The notes beneath the pieces were generated by a model, which was given only the letters and a program-made list of their open reading frames with translations, was not told the DNA's origin and ran no database searches. The position numbers and the translations under genes are program-made. Of a stretch of 64,000 bases of DNA, positions 1 through 10,477 are shown piece by piece. Source of the stretch: a virus; the IMG/VR virus record IMGVR_UViG_3300031774_000001, one strand, 5' to 3'. The number at the start of each line of letters is the position of its first letter. Within the stretch, counting starts at the first letter, position 1.

Positions 1-2
1 AA

Positions 3-2219
3 GACATAACGCAAGTTTCTGCTTCTTCTGTAGAAATGAATAGTGGTCTACAATTTTATGATGGCATATCAACAAACGAAATTCAACAAATCTTAATTAA
101 ATCAGCAAACGATTTAATCACTTTAGAAAATCCAAATTATCAATATGTTGCCGCTAGACTATTACTCTATAGTTTAAGAAAACAACTATTTCATAAAATG
201 TGGGATCATCCACATATTTACGACCACGCAAAAAAATGCATTGAGTTAGGTGTTTATGATAAAGAAGTTTTAAATTGGTATGATAAAAAAGATTTTGATA
301 GAATGGAAAATTGGTTAAATCACGAAAGAGATTATACTTTTACATATGCAGGTTTAAGACAAGTCATTGACAAATATCTAGTGCAAGATAGAAGTACAGG
401 ACAAATTTTTGAAACACCACAATTTATGTATATGATGATATCTGCTACATTATTTGCAAAATACCCAAAGAACAAAAGGATGAGTTATGTTAAAAAATAT
501 TATGACGCTATTTCACGTTTTAAAATCAATATTCCAACACCTGTTATGGCTGGTGTACGAACTCCTATTAGGCAGTATGCGAGTTGTGTCTTGGTGGATG
601 TTGATGATACTTTGTCTAGTATCTTTTCTAGTGATATGGCCATTGGTAAGTATGTTGCCCAAAGAGCAGGAATTGGTATCAATGCAGGAAGAATTAGAGG
701 GATCAACTCACGTATTAGAGGTGGCGAAGTACAACATACTGGCGTTATTCCTTTTCTTAAAAAATTTGAAGCAACTGTTAAGTGTTGTACTCAAAACGGA
801 GTACGAGGAGGGTCGGCAACTGTTCACTTCCCTATTTGGCACAAAGAAATAGAAGATATAATTGTTTTAAAAAATAATAAAGGTAGTGAAGATAATAGAG
901 TAAGAAAATTAGATTACTCTATACAGTTATCAAAATTATTTTATGAAAGATTTATTAATGATGAAGAGATAACTTTATTTTCACCACACGAAGTACCAGA
1001 ATTGTATGAAGCGTGGGGAACAAAAGAATTTGACGAACTATATACAACGGCAGAAAGAAAAACTAGTGTATGGAAAACTAAAATATCAGCACAACAATTG
1101 TTTATGGCAATTTTAAAAGAAAGAGCAGAAACAGGTCGTATTTACATTATGAATATAGACCATTGTAATACACACTCTAGTTTTAAAGATAGAGTTTATA
1201 TGTCTAACTTATGTCAAGAGATTACTTTACCTACAGACCCAATAAGTCATATAGATGGTGAAGGAGAAATTGCATTATGTATTTTATCAGCAGTTAATGT
1301 AGGACTTTTAAAAGATTTAGATGAATTAGAAACCTTATGCGATTTAGCAGTAAGGTCATTAGACGAAGTTATAGACCATCAAAGATATCCAGTTAAAGCG
1401 GCAGAAATTTCTACAAAAAGACGAAGAAGTTTAGGAATTGGATATATAGGTCTTGCTCACTACTTAGCAACATTAGGACTTGGTTATGAAACTAAAACTG
1501 CTTGGAAAGAAGTAGATAAGTTATCAGAAGCATTCCAGTATTATCTATTAAAATCTAGTAATGAATTAGCAAAAGAAAAAGGCAAGTGCGAAGCATTTGA
1601 CAAAACAAAGTATTCAGATGGTATCTTACCAATAGACACCTACAAAAAAGAAGTTGATGAGATTGTATCTCGGAAACTTTCATATAAATGGGAAGACTTG
1701 AGGAAAGATATTAAGGAATTTGGGTTAAGACATAGCACACTCACGGCTCAAATGCCTTCTGAAAGCTCTAGTGTGGTTTGTAATGCCACAAACGGCATTG
1801 AACCACCTAGAGATTATATTTCAGTTAAGAAGAGTAAGAAAGGTACTTTAAAACAAGTTGTACCTGATTACAAAAGATTAAAAAATAATTATACGTTATT
1901 ATGGGATATGAAAAGTAATGAAGGATATATAAACATAGTAGCAGTAATGCAAAAATATTTTGACCAATCAATTAGTGGTAATTGGTCATATAATCCTGAA
2001 AATTATGATGAAGGAGAAATACCTTTATCAATAATGGCAGAAGATTTATTAACAACTTATAAATTAGGTTGGAAGACTTCTTATTATCAAAACACATATG
2101 ATAGTAAGAAAGATGTTGAGGAACCTGTACATCCTATCGGTTGGAAAGATGATGTACCAGAATCTAAAACTATAACGGAGATAAAAGACGAAGAAGAATG
2201 TGAAACCTGTGTAATTTAA
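3..2219 (+). CDS. nrdA: Ribonucleotide reductase class Ia alpha subunit (5'-truncated by the window edge)
   Basis: ATP-cone remnant, PTPVMAG, SCVL, SNLCQEI catalytic motif, C-terminal CETC; frame is open to the window start. Confidence 0.98.
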   Translation, partial: DITQVSASSVEMNSGLQFYDGISTNEIQQILIKSANDLITLENPNYQYVAARLLLYSLRKQLFHKMWDHPHIYDHAKKCIELGVYDKEVLNWYDKKDFDRMENWLNHERDYTFTYAGLRQVIDKYLVQDRSTGQIFETPQFMYMMISATLFAKYPKNKRMSYVKKYYDAISRFKINIPTPVMAGVRTPIRQYASCVLVDVDDTLSSIFSSDMAIGKYVAQRAGIGINAGRIRGINSRIRGGEVQHTGVIPFLKKFEATVKCCTQNGVRGGSATVHFPIWHKEIEDIIVLKNNKGSEDNRVRKLDYSIQLSKLFYERFINDEEITLFSPHEVPELYEAWGTKEFDELYTTAERKTSVWKTKISAQQLFMAILKERAETGRIYIMNIDHCNTHSSFKDRVYMSNLCQEITLPTDPISHIDGEGEIALCILSAVNVGLLKDLDELETLCDLAVRSLDEVIDHQRYPVKAAEISTKRRRSLGIGYIGLAHYLATLGLGYETKTAWKEVDKLSEAFQYYLLKSSNELAKEKGKCEAFDKTKYSDGILPIDTYKKEVDEIVSRKLSYKWEDLRKDIKEFGLRHSTLTAQMPSESSSVVCNATNGIEPPRDYISVKKSKKGTLKQVVPDYKRLKNNYTLLWDMKSNEGYINIVAVMQKYFDQSISGNWSYNPENYDEGEIPLSIMAEDLLTTYKLGWKTSYYQNTYDSKKDVEEPVHPIGWKDDVPESKTITEIKDEEECETCVI

Positions 2220-2228
2220 AGGAGCCAA

Positions 2229-2900
2229 ATGGCGTTTTTATGTGCAAATGTTCCTCATATAGAGGTACTAGTTAAAAAACAATACCTTTACGATTTGAAG
2301 AAAGGTCACGGAGAGTTTGAACCAGGTATCTGGTGTACAGTTAAAAGTATTCAAGGTAGAGCATTATATTTTGAAACATATCTGTATGAAAGCGGAGCAT
2401 TATATGATAAGTTGCCTATAAATGCTTTTGTATGGAAAGAAACGAAAGAGGATATAAAATTGAGTGAATTACAGTTATGGGATTGTTTTGATTATGATAT
2501 ATCAGTTATTGAGAAACAATTAGTAAGTGGAAATAGATGTACATATTTGTCGCCATCTAAAAAAATGTTTGAAGGAAATTATATGTTTAGTATAGATAGT
2601 TGTAGTGCAACGAATAAAGAGTTGAACGTAGGATATAGTGAAACTCCTTCTCAACATAAATCATTTAACATAATAAAATTAGATAATGGTCATTTTGCCG
2701 CTCAACCAAACAATAGAGTTTTATTTTATGACAAGTCTTTAACACCAAGTAAACCAAAAAGACCTGATTATAAAGTATCTACTAGAGAATATAGTGTAGA
2801 TAATATTGATAAATGGACAGCAGGTGATAGTGATGAACACCATTATAAATTAACAGAATCAGAAAGATTACAAAACGAGTTAGAACCAATAAATGACTAA
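2229..2900 (+). CDS. Conserved marine phage hypothetical protein between nrdA and nrdB
   Basis: SD AAGGAG, 223 aa, QLWDCF and AAQPNNR motifs; no nuclease motif seen. Confidence 0.8.
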   Translation: MAFLCANVPHIEVLVKKQYLYDLKKGHGEFEPGIWCTVKSIQGRALYFETYLYESGALYDKLPINAFVWKETKEDIKLSELQLWDCFDYDISVIEKQLVSGNRCTYLSPSKKMFEGNYMFSIDSCSATNKELNVGYSETPSQHKSFNIIKLDNGHFAAQPNNRVLFYDKSLTPSKPKRPDYKVSTREYSVDNIDKWTAGDSDEHHYKLTESERLQNELEPIND

Positions 2901-3996
2901 AAGCGTATTTAATACAGAAAAAAAATTAGACTATACTAAACAACCTATGTTTTTTGGTCAAGATTTACAAGTACAAAGATATGATGAAATGAAATATCCT
3001 ATCTTTAATAAACTCTTTCAACAACAATTAGGTTACTTCTGGAGACCAGAAGAAGTATCTTTACAGAAAGATATATCAGACTATAAAGAGTTAAATGAAC
3101 AACAAAAGTTTATCTTTACATCTAATTTAAAATATCAAACAATGATGGATAGTGTGCAAGGACGAGGACCGGCTTTAGCATTTTTACCTTTTGTTTCAAT
3201 ACCTGAATTAGAGAGTTGTGTTCTTGCGTGGGACTTTTTTGAAAACATACACTCTCACTCATATACATATATCATTAAAAATTTATATTCAAATCCTAGT
3301 GAAGTTTTTGATACTATAATTTCAGATGAAAAGATTGAGAAAAGAGCAATTAGTATAACACAAAGATATGATGATATGATAAATTTAGGTTATAAATGGC
3401 AATTAAAACCAGATAGTGTTGATATGTATGAGTTGAAAAAGAAATTATATTTAACATTGATGACTGTTAATATATTAGAAGGATTAAGATTTTATGTTTC
3501 TTTTGCGTGTTCGTTTGCATTTGGAGAATTAAAAATGTTAGAAGGTTCTGCTAAAATATTATCATTAATAGCACGTGATGAAACTTTACATTTATCAATC
3601 TCACAAAGAATACTTAATAACTATCGTGATAATGAAAATGATAGAATTATGAATAAAGTGATGAAAGATACAGAAAAAGAAGTTTATACAATGTATGAAA
3701 ATGCAGTAGGACAAGAGAAACGTTGGGCGACTTATTTGTTCTCTAAAGGTTCTATGATAGGATTATCAGAAAAACTATTACATCAATTTGTAGAGTATAT
3801 GGCAAATAGACGTATGAGAGCAATAGGATTAGAACCACAATATGACCAAAAAGTAAATCCATTACCTTGGGTTGACCATTGGTTAAATAGTAGGTCATTA
3901 CAAAATGCACCACAGGAAACAGAAATTGAAAGTTATGTCATAGGTGGCATTAAACAAGATGTACAAAAGGATCAGTTTAAGAAATTTAAATTATAA
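2893..3996 (+). CDS. nrdB: Ribonucleotide reductase class Ia beta subunit
   Basis: FWRPEEV, DSVQGR, ENIHSHSY (radical Tyr), EGLRFYVSF, RDETLH di-iron ligands. Confidence 0.98.
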   Translation: MTKSVFNTEKKLDYTKQPMFFGQDLQVQRYDEMKYPIFNKLFQQQLGYFWRPEEVSLQKDISDYKELNEQQKFIFTSNLKYQTMMDSVQGRGPALAFLPFVSIPELESCVLAWDFFENIHSHSYTYIIKNLYSNPSEVFDTIISDEKIEKRAISITQRYDDMINLGYKWQLKPDSVDMYELKKKLYLTLMTVNILEGLRFYVSFACSFAFGELKMLEGSAKILSLIARDETLHLSISQRILNNYRDNENDRIMNKVMKDTEKEVYTMYENAVGQEKRWATYLFSKGSMIGLSEKLLHQFVEYMANRRMRAIGLEPQYDQKVNPLPWVDHWLNSRSLQNAPQETEIESYVIGGIKQDVQKDQFKKFKL

Positions 3997-4010
3997 AAAA
4001 GTATATTATT

Positions 4011-4193
4011 ATGGAAGATGAAATAGTAAAGAGTATTAGGTTAAGTTGTGGCAATTGCAAGGTGACTTATACTATAAAGTATGATGAAGAAGAAACAGAT
4101 ATGAAACCTATGTCTTGTCCATTTTGTAGTTATGAAATAGATGAAGAAGAAGATGATATTGGAGATGAAAATGAAGAAACTAGTTGGGATTGA
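4011..4193 (+). CDS. Small Zn-ribbon protein with acidic tail
   Basis: CGNC...CPFC, 60 aa. Confidence 0.7.
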   Translation: MEDEIVKSIRLSCGNCKVTYTIKYDEEETDMKPMSCPFCSYEIDEEEDDIGDENEETSWD

Positions 4194-4728
4194 TTATAGT
4201 TTAACAAGTCCTGCCATATGTGTTACAGATGACTTTAAGTTTGAAAATAGTCATTTCTATTTTCTTACTAATAAGAAAAAACATATGGGCAAATTTGGTA
4301 ATATAATTGGTTATGAACATCAACCTTATACAGACCCTATCCAAAGATTTACTCAAATTTCTGATTGGGTTTTAAAAGTATTAAAATTAAATCACTCTAA
4401 AGACAATATAGATACATTAGCAATAGCAATAGAAAACTATTCTTATGGTTCTAAAGGTCAAGCATTATTTCAAATAGCAGAAAATTGTGGCATACTTAAA
4501 TATAGATTAGCAGAACAAAAATACAAATATAGTGTTATTGTACCAAGTGTTGTTAAGAAACTTGCTACAGGTAAGGGTAATGCAGATAAAGAAATGATGT
4601 ATGAACAATTTTCTAAAGATACAAAAACAGATTTAAAGAAATTATTAGACACAACAAAAGCAGGCAATCCAGTATCAGATATAGTTGATAGTTGGTATAT
4701 AGCAAAGGCACATTATGGGCGACTTTAA
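4171..4728 (+). CDS. RuvC-like (RNase H fold) endonuclease/resolvase
   Basis: VGIDYSLTSPA, IAIENY, KKLATGKGNADK, DIVDS motifs. Confidence 0.8.
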   Translation: MKKLVGIDYSLTSPAICVTDDFKFENSHFYFLTNKKKHMGKFGNIIGYEHQPYTDPIQRFTQISDWVLKVLKLNHSKDNIDTLAIAIENYSYGSKGQALFQIAENCGILKYRLAEQKYKYSVIVPSVVKKLATGKGNADKEMMYEQFSKDTKTDLKKLLDTTKAGNPVSDIVDSWYIAKAHYGRL

Positions 4729-5032
4729 AATATTAATACTTGCATATCTAATTGGGCATAGTCCAATAGAAACACAACAAACTTTTCAAATGGAAGGTTG
4801 GTATAAAAGTATGGAAGAGTGTAAAAAAGAATTACTTTTACAAAAACCAGATGGAAGATACGAAGTGATGAACGAGTTTGTTGTAGATGGAGAGTTTAAA
4901 TGGGATTGGTTAGTTGCAGGTTGCAAAAGTGATACAACAGGAGAAGAATTCCAGATTTGGCCTGACTACCCTAAAGGTAAACCAAAAGAGTTAGAAGGCA
5001 TTGAGTTTGATGTTTTTGAATTAAATATATGA
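4715..5032 (+). CDS. Hypothetical protein
   Basis: Overlap-coupled ORF. Confidence 0.6.
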   Translation: MGDFKILILAYLIGHSPIETQQTFQMEGWYKSMEECKKELLLQKPDGRYEVMNEFVVDGEFKWDWLVAGCKSDTTGEEFQIWPDYPKGKPKELEGIEFDVFELNI

Positions 5033-5472
5033 AATTATTAAAAGCAAGACAATATGTAATCTGTCAACACGCACCATTAAAAGGAATAAAACCTAAAGTT
5101 ACAATAGTGCCTGTTAAAGATATAATGTTAACTGCTGATTATGAATGGATGATAAAAAGATATCCTGCTTTTAAAACTAGTATTGAAAGTGCAGGTATGA
5201 AGTTTCCTATTATCTATACAGATTTAGAACATTATTGGTTGAAAAGAAGATGGAAGAAAGACGAAGAAGGAAATTGTATACCTGGTTTATCAGTACATAC
5301 AGGTAATAAAAGAGTGTATTGGGCAAAGAGAAATGGGTTTACCCATATAGAAGGATACTTTGTTAATAATAAAGATGAACAAGCGGCAATAGTTAGACAA
5401 ACATTTTTAGCACCTGCTAGTTTTCCAACTACAAATGCTCGTGCATATCAAGAGGAGGTTAATAAAATATGA
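5029..5472 (+). CDS. ParB/Srx-like domain protein
   Basis: SIESAGMKFPII...GNKRV..AK..G resembles the ParB N-terminal motifs. Confidence 0.55.
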   Translation: MKLLKARQYVICQHAPLKGIKPKVTIVPVKDIMLTADYEWMIKRYPAFKTSIESAGMKFPIIYTDLEHYWLKRRWKKDEEGNCIPGLSVHTGNKRVYWAKRNGFTHIEGYFVNNKDEQAAIVRQTFLAPASFPTTNARAYQEEVNKI

Positions 5473-6119
5473 CTTTACCAGATTTAGCTAATTTTTCACC
5501 AGATGAATTAGACAATTTTGCTCAAAATAATTTTATGATATATAATTGGGCAATGCCACCTGAAGATTGTGAAATGATTATTAAGAAATTTGAACAGGTA
5601 GTCAAATATGATAAAACACAGGTAGATGAATTTAAGACTGGTCGTAAAAACTTTACTGAAATAGATATAGACAAATATGGTGATTCAGATTTTTGGAGAG
5701 AACCTAAAAAGAAATTTGTTGCAATGATGGAAGAATATAAAACAAGATTTATGAAAAATTTGGCTATAAAGGATATTCATTTTCCACCAGTAATAGATAT
5801 GGAAAATATAAGAATAAAAAAATATATGCCTAATGACGAAGACCAATTTAAAGTCCACGTAGATGTTGTTCGTTCTATGGGTGATTCAGCAAAAAGATTT
5901 TTAGTTTTTATATTATATCTTAATGATGTTGAAGATGGTGGTCATACAATGTTTCCAAAACCTAATATATGGGTAAAACCAAGAGCAGGAAGATTGTTAG
6001 TGTTTCCACCTTTTTGGACTCACCCACACGCAGGATTAAAACCATTAAGTGGTCCAAAATATGTTATGATGTCTTATTTACATTATGGGGACGCAGATGA
6101 TCCGAGGTATAAAAAATAA
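5469..6119 (+). CDS. 2OG-Fe(II) oxygenase (prolyl 4-hydroxylase-like)
   Basis: HVD, LYLNDVEDGG.T.F, FPP..THPH, KY. Confidence 0.9.
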   Translation: MTLPDLANFSPDELDNFAQNNFMIYNWAMPPEDCEMIIKKFEQVVKYDKTQVDEFKTGRKNFTEIDIDKYGDSDFWREPKKKFVAMMEEYKTRFMKNLAIKDIHFPPVIDMENIRIKKYMPNDEDQFKVHVDVVRSMGDSAKRFLVFILYLNDVEDGGHTMFPKPNIWVKPRAGRLLVFPPFWTHPHAGLKPLSGPKYVMMSYLHYGDADDPRYKK

Positions 6120-6403
6120 TGTATCAACCATTACCAAGAGAAGTGCAAATTAAAATGAGCAAAATTCACGGAGAAGGATTATTTGCAAAAGAAGATATTG
6201 ATGACAATACAAAGATAGGATTAGGTTGGTTGATTGTAGGTCCTGAATTAATAAGAACTCCATTAGGAGGTTTCATTAATCATAGTGATGAACCAAATAC
6301 AATAAAAATAAAAAAAGATAATAGATATTATCTCTATACAATAAGAGATATAAAAAAAGGTGAAGAGTTAACTTTAAAATATACTTTTTATAGTGTGAAA
6401 TGA
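6119..6403 (+). CDS. Minimal SET-domain protein (putative lysine methyltransferase)
   Basis: SKIHGEGLFA, FINHSDEPN, RDIKKGEELTLKY. Confidence 0.88.
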   Translation: MYQPLPREVQIKMSKIHGEGLFAKEDIDDNTKIGLGWLIVGPELIRTPLGGFINHSDEPNTIKIKKDNRYYLYTIRDIKKGEELTLKYTFYSVK

Positions 6404-7143
6404 GCAAATTAACTGTTATATTACCAGCGGCTGGAAAAGGAACTAGATTAAATCTACCATATCCAAAAGAAATATTACGATTAGATAATGATAATGCTTT
6501 GATTGATAATTGTTTTAATTTTTTTAGAGATTATGGAAGAAATGATGTTGAATTTATAGTTATTATTAATGAAGACAAACCAGAACTATTAACTTATTTA
6601 GCAAAATATAAAAGTAAATTTAACATATCATTTATATATCAAAATCCTTTTCATCAAGAATATACAGGTGCAATTAAAAGTGCTAGACCTTTATTTGGAG
6701 AACATAATATAGTTTTATTGCCTGATACATTAATGACATTACAACCAAATCAAGATTTATATACTTTAATTATGTCAGCATTACAAGAAACAGGATTTAC
6801 ATTTTTATATAAAGAAGAATTAGATGATTCAGTATTAAAAACTAAAGGTGCATTAAATATAAATGCTGAAAATTTAGTTTTAGATTATTGCGATAAACCT
6901 GAAAATAATAAATTAGGTATATATAATGCGTTTTGGTGTGCATTTGGATTTAGAAGACGAGTATTTGATACTTGTATGAGTTTTATGGAAAAATCTACGT
7001 TAAAAATGAAAGTAAATGGTAAAGATATAAAATCAACACCTATCTATGGTAGTAAAGCAATTAAAGTAAAAGACTATGTTGATTTAGGAACTTGGAGTGA
7101 AATAAGGAGATTATTAATAAATTATGAAAAAGATAATAACTGA
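6400..7143 (+). CDS. Sugar-phosphate nucleotidyltransferase
   Basis: ILPAAGKGTRL...PKE, LLPD, YVDLGTW. Confidence 0.85.
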   Translation: MSKLTVILPAAGKGTRLNLPYPKEILRLDNDNALIDNCFNFFRDYGRNDVEFIVIINEDKPELLTYLAKYKSKFNISFIYQNPFHQEYTGAIKSARPLFGEHNIVLLPDTLMTLQPNQDLYTLIMSALQETGFTFLYKEELDDSVLKTKGALNINAENLVLDYCDKPENNKLGIYNAFWCAFGFRRRVFDTCMSFMEKSTLKMKVNGKDIKSTPIYGSKAIKVKDYVDLGTWSEIRRLLINYEKDNN

Positions 7144-7696
7144 CTGTGATGGTGTCCTTTTAGACTGGTGTTTTGCTTTTGACATTTGGATGAGTGAACA
7201 AGGATATACTAGAATGCCTGAAACGGATCATTACTTTAGTCAATCAAAACGATATAACATACCCGAAAAAGAAGCATTAGAACAAGTTAATTTATTTAAT
7301 CAAACAGGAGTGTTAGGATTTGTACCAGCATATAAAGATAGTGTTGAGTATGTAACTAGATTGGCAAGAGAAGGTTATAGATTTGATGTTATTACTATGA
7401 TTGGACCTGACAAGTATGCTCATAAGTTAAGAAAAGCAAATTTAAGACATTTATTTGGTGATGTATTTGATGAAATATATTGTGCAGGAGATTTTAAACA
7501 ACCTAAAAAAGAAATTTTAGAAGAAAGATATAAAGGAACAAATTATGTTTGGATTGAGGATAGAGTTGATTATGCAATGCAAGGTGATGAAGTTGGTTTA
7601 AATACATTTATGATGGATCATCCTTATAATAGAGAATATAAAGGACAACGAGTGAAGAATTGGAAAGAATTATATGACACCACATTTAGAAGCTAA
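7124..7696 (+). CDS. HAD-family phosphatase/nucleotidase (T4 30.2-like)
   Basis: IITDCDGVLLDW motif I, WIED, HPYN. Confidence 0.8.
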   Translation: MKKIITDCDGVLLDWCFAFDIWMSEQGYTRMPETDHYFSQSKRYNIPEKEALEQVNLFNQTGVLGFVPAYKDSVEYVTRLAREGYRFDVITMIGPDKYAHKLRKANLRHLFGDVFDEIYCAGDFKQPKKEILEERYKGTNYVWIEDRVDYAMQGDEVGLNTFMMDHPYNREYKGQRVKNWKELYDTTFRS

Positions 7697-8339
7697 AATT
7701 GGTGATTATGCTGATACAGTATTATTACCTGGTGATCCGTTAAGAGCAAAATGGATTGCAGAAACATATTTAGATAATGTAAGACAAGTTAATAGTGTGA
7801 GAAATATGTTAGGCTTTACAGGAACATATAAAGGTAAATCTATATCAGTACAAGGAGGTGGTATGGGTATGCCTTCAAACGCAATTTACATACACGAACT
7901 TTATAATACGTATAATGTAAAAACTATTATAAGAGTGGGTAGTTGTGGTGGTATTCATAAAAATTTAAATGTAGGCGATATAGTTGTAGCTACAAGAGCA
8001 ATTACAGACAACGCAATGATAAATGTATCTGTTGTTGAAGGATCAAGTGATTTGTTAAATGCTTATATGAAAGTTGCACCTGAAAATACTATGCAAGGAT
8101 ATATCAAGTCTAGTGATTGGTTTTATAATCCAAATAAAGATTGGTGGAAAGATGAAAATATTGCAATAGCAGTTGAAATGGAAACACATATATTATATAA
8201 TTTAGCAAATAAATTTAACAAGAAAGCATTATCAGTATGTACAGTTGCAGACCATTTTGAAAAACCAGAAGATATGACTTCTAAAGAAAGAGAAACTAGT
8301 TTTAAAGCAATGATAGAGAGTATATTAAAAATATGTTAG
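7674..8339 (+). CDS. deoD: Purine nucleoside phosphorylase DeoD-type
   Basis: MTPH, LLPGDPLRAKWIAE, VRNMLGFTGTYKG, GMGMPS, IRVGSCG, AVEME. Confidence 0.93.
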   Translation: MTPHLEAKIGDYADTVLLPGDPLRAKWIAETYLDNVRQVNSVRNMLGFTGTYKGKSISVQGGGMGMPSNAIYIHELYNTYNVKTIIRVGSCGGIHKNLNVGDIVVATRAITDNAMINVSVVEGSSDLLNAYMKVAPENTMQGYIKSSDWFYNPNKDWWKDENIAIAVEMETHILYNLANKFNKKALSVCTVADHFEKPEDMTSKERETSFKAMIESILKIC

Positions 8340-9307
8340 TCTTTGTAACACCTAAAAGAAGTGAAGAACATAAAGTGCCTTATTCTTATAGAACAAGAGC
8401 AAATATAGTATCGGAGAATATATTTGATAGTAGAGTTACAGATGATATTAAAACTTTACAACAAAATGATGTTGCAGTATTAGGTAAAAGACATACAAGA
8501 GAGGATGCTGAATATTGTATAAAACACGATATTAAATATATTGTTGATGTTGCAGATGATAAGTTTACAATGTTTAAGCATTGGTATCATACAATACCAA
8601 AAGCAACAGCAGTTACTACAACTTGCCAGCATTTAAGAACAATTATATTAGATGAAGTTGGTAAAGGTTCTGTTATTATACCTGACCCTACTGAAAGAAA
8701 AAGAGGTGTACCAAAGTTTGAAGTAAAAGAAACTATGAAAGCATTTTATTATGGTGCAGAAGGTAATTATAGAAAAATAGATTGGTTAAGAGTTAAATCA
8801 ACTTTAAATTCTGTAAGAAAAACTAGAGTTGATATTATGACAAATAAATCAGAAGATCCACCTAAAGCTTACAAATATTTAAATAGATATGGACAATTTT
8901 GGTTAACACCAGAAGATAGAATAGCATTACAGAAAGAAGGTGTTAAAGAATATACCAGTTTAATAAATTGGAACTTTGATAAACAAGAGCAGTTAGTTAA
9001 TGAATCCGATTTTGTTTTATTACCAGTTACTTCTGATAGAGAATCAAGAAGTAAAGGAAATAATAGACCTATTGACGCATTGCAACAAGGTAGAATAGTA
9101 TTAACCAATCCAGGTATAAAGAGTTATGAAGATTTAAAAAAATACTTATATATAGGTGATTTTTATACAACGTATAAATTAATGCTTGAAAATCCTGAAG
9201 AAGTATTATCAAAAATTAGAAATGCTCAAACGTATATAAATGAACATTATACACCAAAAGCAATAGGATTGAAGTGGAAAAGAGTATATGACAGACTACA
9301 TAAATAG
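8333..9307 (+). CDS. Putative glycosyltransferase (GT-B-like)
   Basis: DVADD, SDFVLLP...SKGNNRPIDALQQG resembles a GT-B C-terminal motif; glycan-cluster context. Confidence 0.55.
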   Translation: MLVFVTPKRSEEHKVPYSYRTRANIVSENIFDSRVTDDIKTLQQNDVAVLGKRHTREDAEYCIKHDIKYIVDVADDKFTMFKHWYHTIPKATAVTTTCQHLRTIILDEVGKGSVIIPDPTERKRGVPKFEVKETMKAFYYGAEGNYRKIDWLRVKSTLNSVRKTRVDIMTNKSEDPPKAYKYLNRYGQFWLTPEDRIALQKEGVKEYTSLINWNFDKQEQLVNESDFVLLPVTSDRESRSKGNNRPIDALQQGRIVLTNPGIKSYEDLKKYLYIGDFYTTYKLMLENPEEVLSKIRNAQTYINEHYTPKAIGLKWKRVYDRLHK

Positions 9308-9316
9308 AGATAAGGA

Positions 9317-10477
9317 GTGATTATGAAATATCCATTAGCCTGTGATACTTGGGATCAAAAAGAACTAGACGCAATACAAGAAGTTATAAAAAGTGGCCGA
9401 TATACAATGGGCCCACACGTCAAGAAGTTTGAGCAAGAGTTTGCTAAATATTTTAGATGTAAAGACGCAGTTATGGTTAATAGTGGTTCAACCGCCAATC
9501 TATTAATGGTAGCATTATTAAAATTAAAATATAAAAAAGGTGGTAATATAATTGTGCCTGCTGTATCTTGGTCAACAACATATTTTCCATTACAACAATA
9601 CGGTTTCAAATTAAATTTTGTAGATGTAGATAGAGAAACTTTAAATATAGACCCTAATAAAGTTAGAGAAGCAATTAATGAGGATACGTGTGCTATATTT
9701 GCAGTTAATCTTTTAGGTAACTCCTGTGACCATTATTCATTAATGCATATTGCTAGAGATAATGGACTTATGTTAATAGAGGATAATTGTGAGAGTTTAG
9801 GTGCTCAGACATATAACTTTGAATATTGTGGAACGTTTGCTGATTTAGGTAGTTTTTCTTTCTTCTTTTCACATCACTTACAAACAATGGAAGGTGGTAT
9901 GATTGCTTGTAGAGATAAAGATGACGCAGATTATTTAAGGTCATTAAGAGCACACGGTTGGTGCCGAGATTTACCAGACGATAATAAGATTTATAAGAAG
10001 ACTGGAGATAAATTTAAAGATAGTTTTACGTTTGTAACTCCAGGATATAGTGTTAGACCATTAGAAATGAGTGGTGCGATAGGTAGTGTGCAACTTAAAA
10101 AAGAATTTGCAATGAGAACACAAAGAATTAAAAATGCTAAATATTTTCAAGAAAGATTTAAAAATAATAAAGATATTTTATTACAGAAAGAAATAGGAAC
10201 ATCTAGTTGGTTTGGATTCTCACTAGTATTACAAAACAATTTAGAAGGTAAACGTGATGAAGTTGTTAAGAAACTTACAGAAAATGGAGTAGAGTGTAGA
10301 CCTATTGTTGCAGGAAACTTTATGAAAAATCCTGTAATAGATTATCTTGAATATTATAGTAATAGTTGTCCTAATGCAGATTATATTCATAAGAATGGTT
10401 TGTTTATAGGAAATGATATAGGAGATTTAACATTAAACATTGATATGGTATACAGTATAATAAAGGAAGTAAAATGA
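9317..10477 (+). CDS. ColD-like GDP-4-keto-6-deoxymannose 3-dehydratase (DegT/DnrJ fold)
   Basis: VNSGSTANL, EDNCESLGA, SFFFSHHLQTMEGG with His at the usual PLP-Lys position; next to gmd. Confidence 0.85.
   Translation: MIMKYPLACDTWDQKELDAIQEVIKSGRYTMGPHVKKFEQEFAKYFRCKDAVMVNSGSTANLLMVALLKLKYKKGGNIIVPAVSWSTTYFPLQQYGFKLNFVDVDRETLNIDPNKVREAINEDTCAIFAVNLLGNSCDHYSLMHIARDNGLMLIEDNCESLGAQTYNFEYCGTFADLGSFSFFFSHHLQTMEGGMIACRDKDDADYLRSLRAHGWCRDLPDDNKIYKKTGDKFKDSFTFVTPGYSVRPLEMSGAIGSVQLKKEFAMRTQRIKNAKYFQERFKNNKDILLQKEIGTSSWFGFSLVLQNNLEGKRDEVVKKLTENGVECRPIVAGNFMKNPVIDYLEYYSNSCPNADYIHKNGLFIGNDIGDLTLNIDMVYSIIKEVK

Noticed and set aside
2229-2900. Possible homing endonuclease or intron between nrdA and nrdB
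   Set aside because: No HNH, GIY-YIG or LAGLIDADG motif; nrdA, nrdB and thyX are uninterrupted
9317-10477. Perosamine synthase-type aminotransferase
   Set aside because: The catalytic Lys position holds His, which fits a ColD-type dehydratase
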